Of a stretch of 27,207 nucleotides of DNA, positions 25,874 to 27,207 are shown piece after piece; positions within the stretch are counted from its first letter, which is position 1; every line of letters begins with the position of its first letter. The DNA lies in contig CAYVLA010000040.1 of NCBI GenBank assembly GCA_964452145.1, positions 1-27,207 on the forward strand, given 5' to 3'. The notes under the pieces were generated by a model. The model was not told the DNA's origin, searched no databases, and saw only the letters and a program-made list of their open reading frames with translations. Source of the DNA: Candidatus Hadarchaeota archaeon (GTDB taxonomy: Archaea > CAYQAE01 > CAYVLA01). The position numbers were made by a program, and so were the translations under genes.

Positions 25874-27094
25874 ATGCATCTTGACGCGGGCAGGATCATT
25901 GTCGTATTGCTCGCCGTTGCCTCATCACATGCCGGCCAAGGACTCGCACGCGACCTCAGGGCGGATCCTGCAAGCGGGAGGATCCGTGTCATCTACATGG
26001 GGGACGCGATAGGGGTATCCAATCCGTTCCCCATCCTTCAGGGGGATCCCCTCCTGTCCTGCACCGCCGTCTATGCCTGCACGATCCATCAGACCTCCGA
26101 ACAGATCAAGAAGAGCGTGAGAGCCTACATGCCGAGGACGTACTCGCGCTTCTTGGACAACGACGTTATCATCCTGAGCGATGCAAACAGAGATGCCTTC
26201 AGAAGCGAGCACTTCACATGGTTCAAACGTGGGGTTCTCGATGAGGGAATGGGCCTCGTCATGATCGGTGGGGCGGAGAGCTTCGCCAATCCCAGCTGGC
26301 CGTCTTGGCAACCCACCGATGTGGCTGATGTACTGCCCTGCGAGATGGTGGAGGCGGTTCCCAGAGTGTCGGGTGGAAGCGTCAAGGTTGTGGACTGGGA
26401 GGACGAGTTCATAAGGAGCCTTCCCTTCAACAAGCTCGGTCCCTACGGAAGCTTCTCGGGACATAACATGATCTTGCCCAGGATCACCGCCAGGCTCATT
26501 GCTGTGCTAGTGCACGTGGGGGTCGGCGAGTCGCCCTTCCTGATGTGGTGGGATATAGGGAAAGGGAGGACAATGGCCCAGTCGGCGGACTGGACCCCGG
26601 CCGGCGGCAGCGTTTTCGTCAGATGGCAGTACTACGGGGACTATGCCGTCAACATGATGCTCTTCCTCGCAGGCCAGAATCTTCCCGACGATCTTGAGAC
26701 CCTCTACGCAGTAAGGAGGAGAATGAGGGCAGCGAGCGAGGCCATGCTGACCCTCCAGACCATGATGGATTTTGTGGAGAGGCTGGGGGGCAACACCAAC
26801 GCTCTTCTCAAGGGGCTGGCCCCGATCCGGGAGAAGAGGAAGGAGGCGATGTCACTCTATCTGAAGTGCGATCTGGATGGAGCAGCCCAGGGCTTCGAGG
26901 AGGTCATCAGGTTGTGCGACGCGGCGATGGAGAATGCGATCAAGGCACGAGATGCGGCAGCCTTCTACCTATTCCTAGTTGAATGGGCGTCGGTGACCGG
27001 AATCCTCCTGCTCGGAGGCTCCTTCCTCTGGATCATCATGGTCAGGAGACGGCTTTACAGAGAAGTGGCAACCACCAAACTCATAGAGGCGTAA
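25874..27094 (+). CDS. Predicted secreted, C-terminally anchored protein, paralog family member 3 (GATase1-like domain)
   Basis: GGAGG RBS; hydrophobic N-terminus; RAYMPRTY, DVIILSD, GMGLVMIGGAESF, WDIGKGRT, LPDDL, FVERLGG, RDAAAFYLFLVEW, LWIIMVRRRLYREVATTK. Confidence 0.85.
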   Translation: MHLDAGRIIVVLLAVASSHAGQGLARDLRADPASGRIRVIYMGDAIGVSNPFPILQGDPLLSCTAVYACTIHQTSEQIKKSVRAYMPRTYSRFLDNDVIILSDANRDAFRSEHFTWFKRGVLDEGMGLVMIGGAESFANPSWPSWQPTDVADVLPCEMVEAVPRVSGGSVKVVDWEDEFIRSLPFNKLGPYGSFSGHNMILPRITARLIAVLVHVGVGESPFLMWWDIGKGRTMAQSADWTPAGGSVFVRWQYYGDYAVNMMLFLAGQNLPDDLETLYAVRRRMRAASEAMLTLQTMMDFVERLGGNTNALLKGLAPIREKRKEAMSLYLKCDLDGAAQGFEEVIRLCDAAMENAIKARDAAAFYLFLVEWASVTGILLLGGSFLWIIMVRRRLYREVATTKLIEA

Positions 27095-27147
27095 GCCTCA
27101 CAGGCCTCGAGCCAGGGATGATTGACGGTTGACGGAAGACTGTCGCG

Positions 27148-27207
27148 CTAGCCGGAACGTATGATGCGGGTTGTGGCCGCGGCTTTGTAGAGCTTCCTTC
27201 TGACCAT
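27148..27207 (-). CDS. 3' end of a further paralog family member, running off the window
   Basis: The minus strand reads MVRRKLYKAAATTRIIRSG*, matching the family tail M[VI]RRRLYR.V.TT[KR]. It is not in the ORF track because it is partial. Confidence 0.72.
   Translation of the reverse strand: MVRRKLYKAAATTRIIRSG

Noticed and set aside
18604..27094. Diversity-generating retroelement acting on the paralog family
   Set aside because: No reverse transcriptase and no long near-identical TR/VR pair with adenine-specific mismatches were seen.

Overview
GC-rich (about 60% by eye), gene-dense prokaryotic DNA that looks archaeal. The indicators are AT-rich TATA-like boxes about 25-45 nt upstream of several starts, GGTG/GGAGG-type RBSs, a tungsten-type AOR next to a MoaD/SAMP gene, and DUF5752-like domains; a Bathyarchaeia/Thermoproteota-like origin is an inference. 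From left to right: the 3' part of a CocE/NonD-family hydrolase with a helical stalk and C-terminal anchor; an EamA transporter; a GNAT; a six-gene alpha-glucan (glycogen-like) cluster (GH133-like debranching enzyme, stand-alone DUF5752-like protein, GT4, GH57 with a DUF5752-like tail, second GT4, and a GT35 phosphorylase carrying an N-terminal YHS/TRASH domain); a PHP + UroD-fold pair; a small CxxC/CxxC orphan; kdsB coupled to a deoxyhypusine-synthase-like gene; a decayed IS630 remnant; a DRE-TIM synthase; an alpha/beta hydrolase; AOR-MoaD; and a metallophosphoesterase. The most notable signal is an expanded family of about 400-aa predicted surface proteins (signal peptide, GATase1-like domain, helical stalk, conserved EW...TM...RRxLYRxV..T[KR] tail). 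It has five members or fragments within 10.3 kb, including an orphan tail cassette next to the IS scar and a partial copy at the window end that the ORF track misses. No rRNA, tRNA or CRISPR array was recognised. All family assignments are from motif recognition by eye, with no database searches run.
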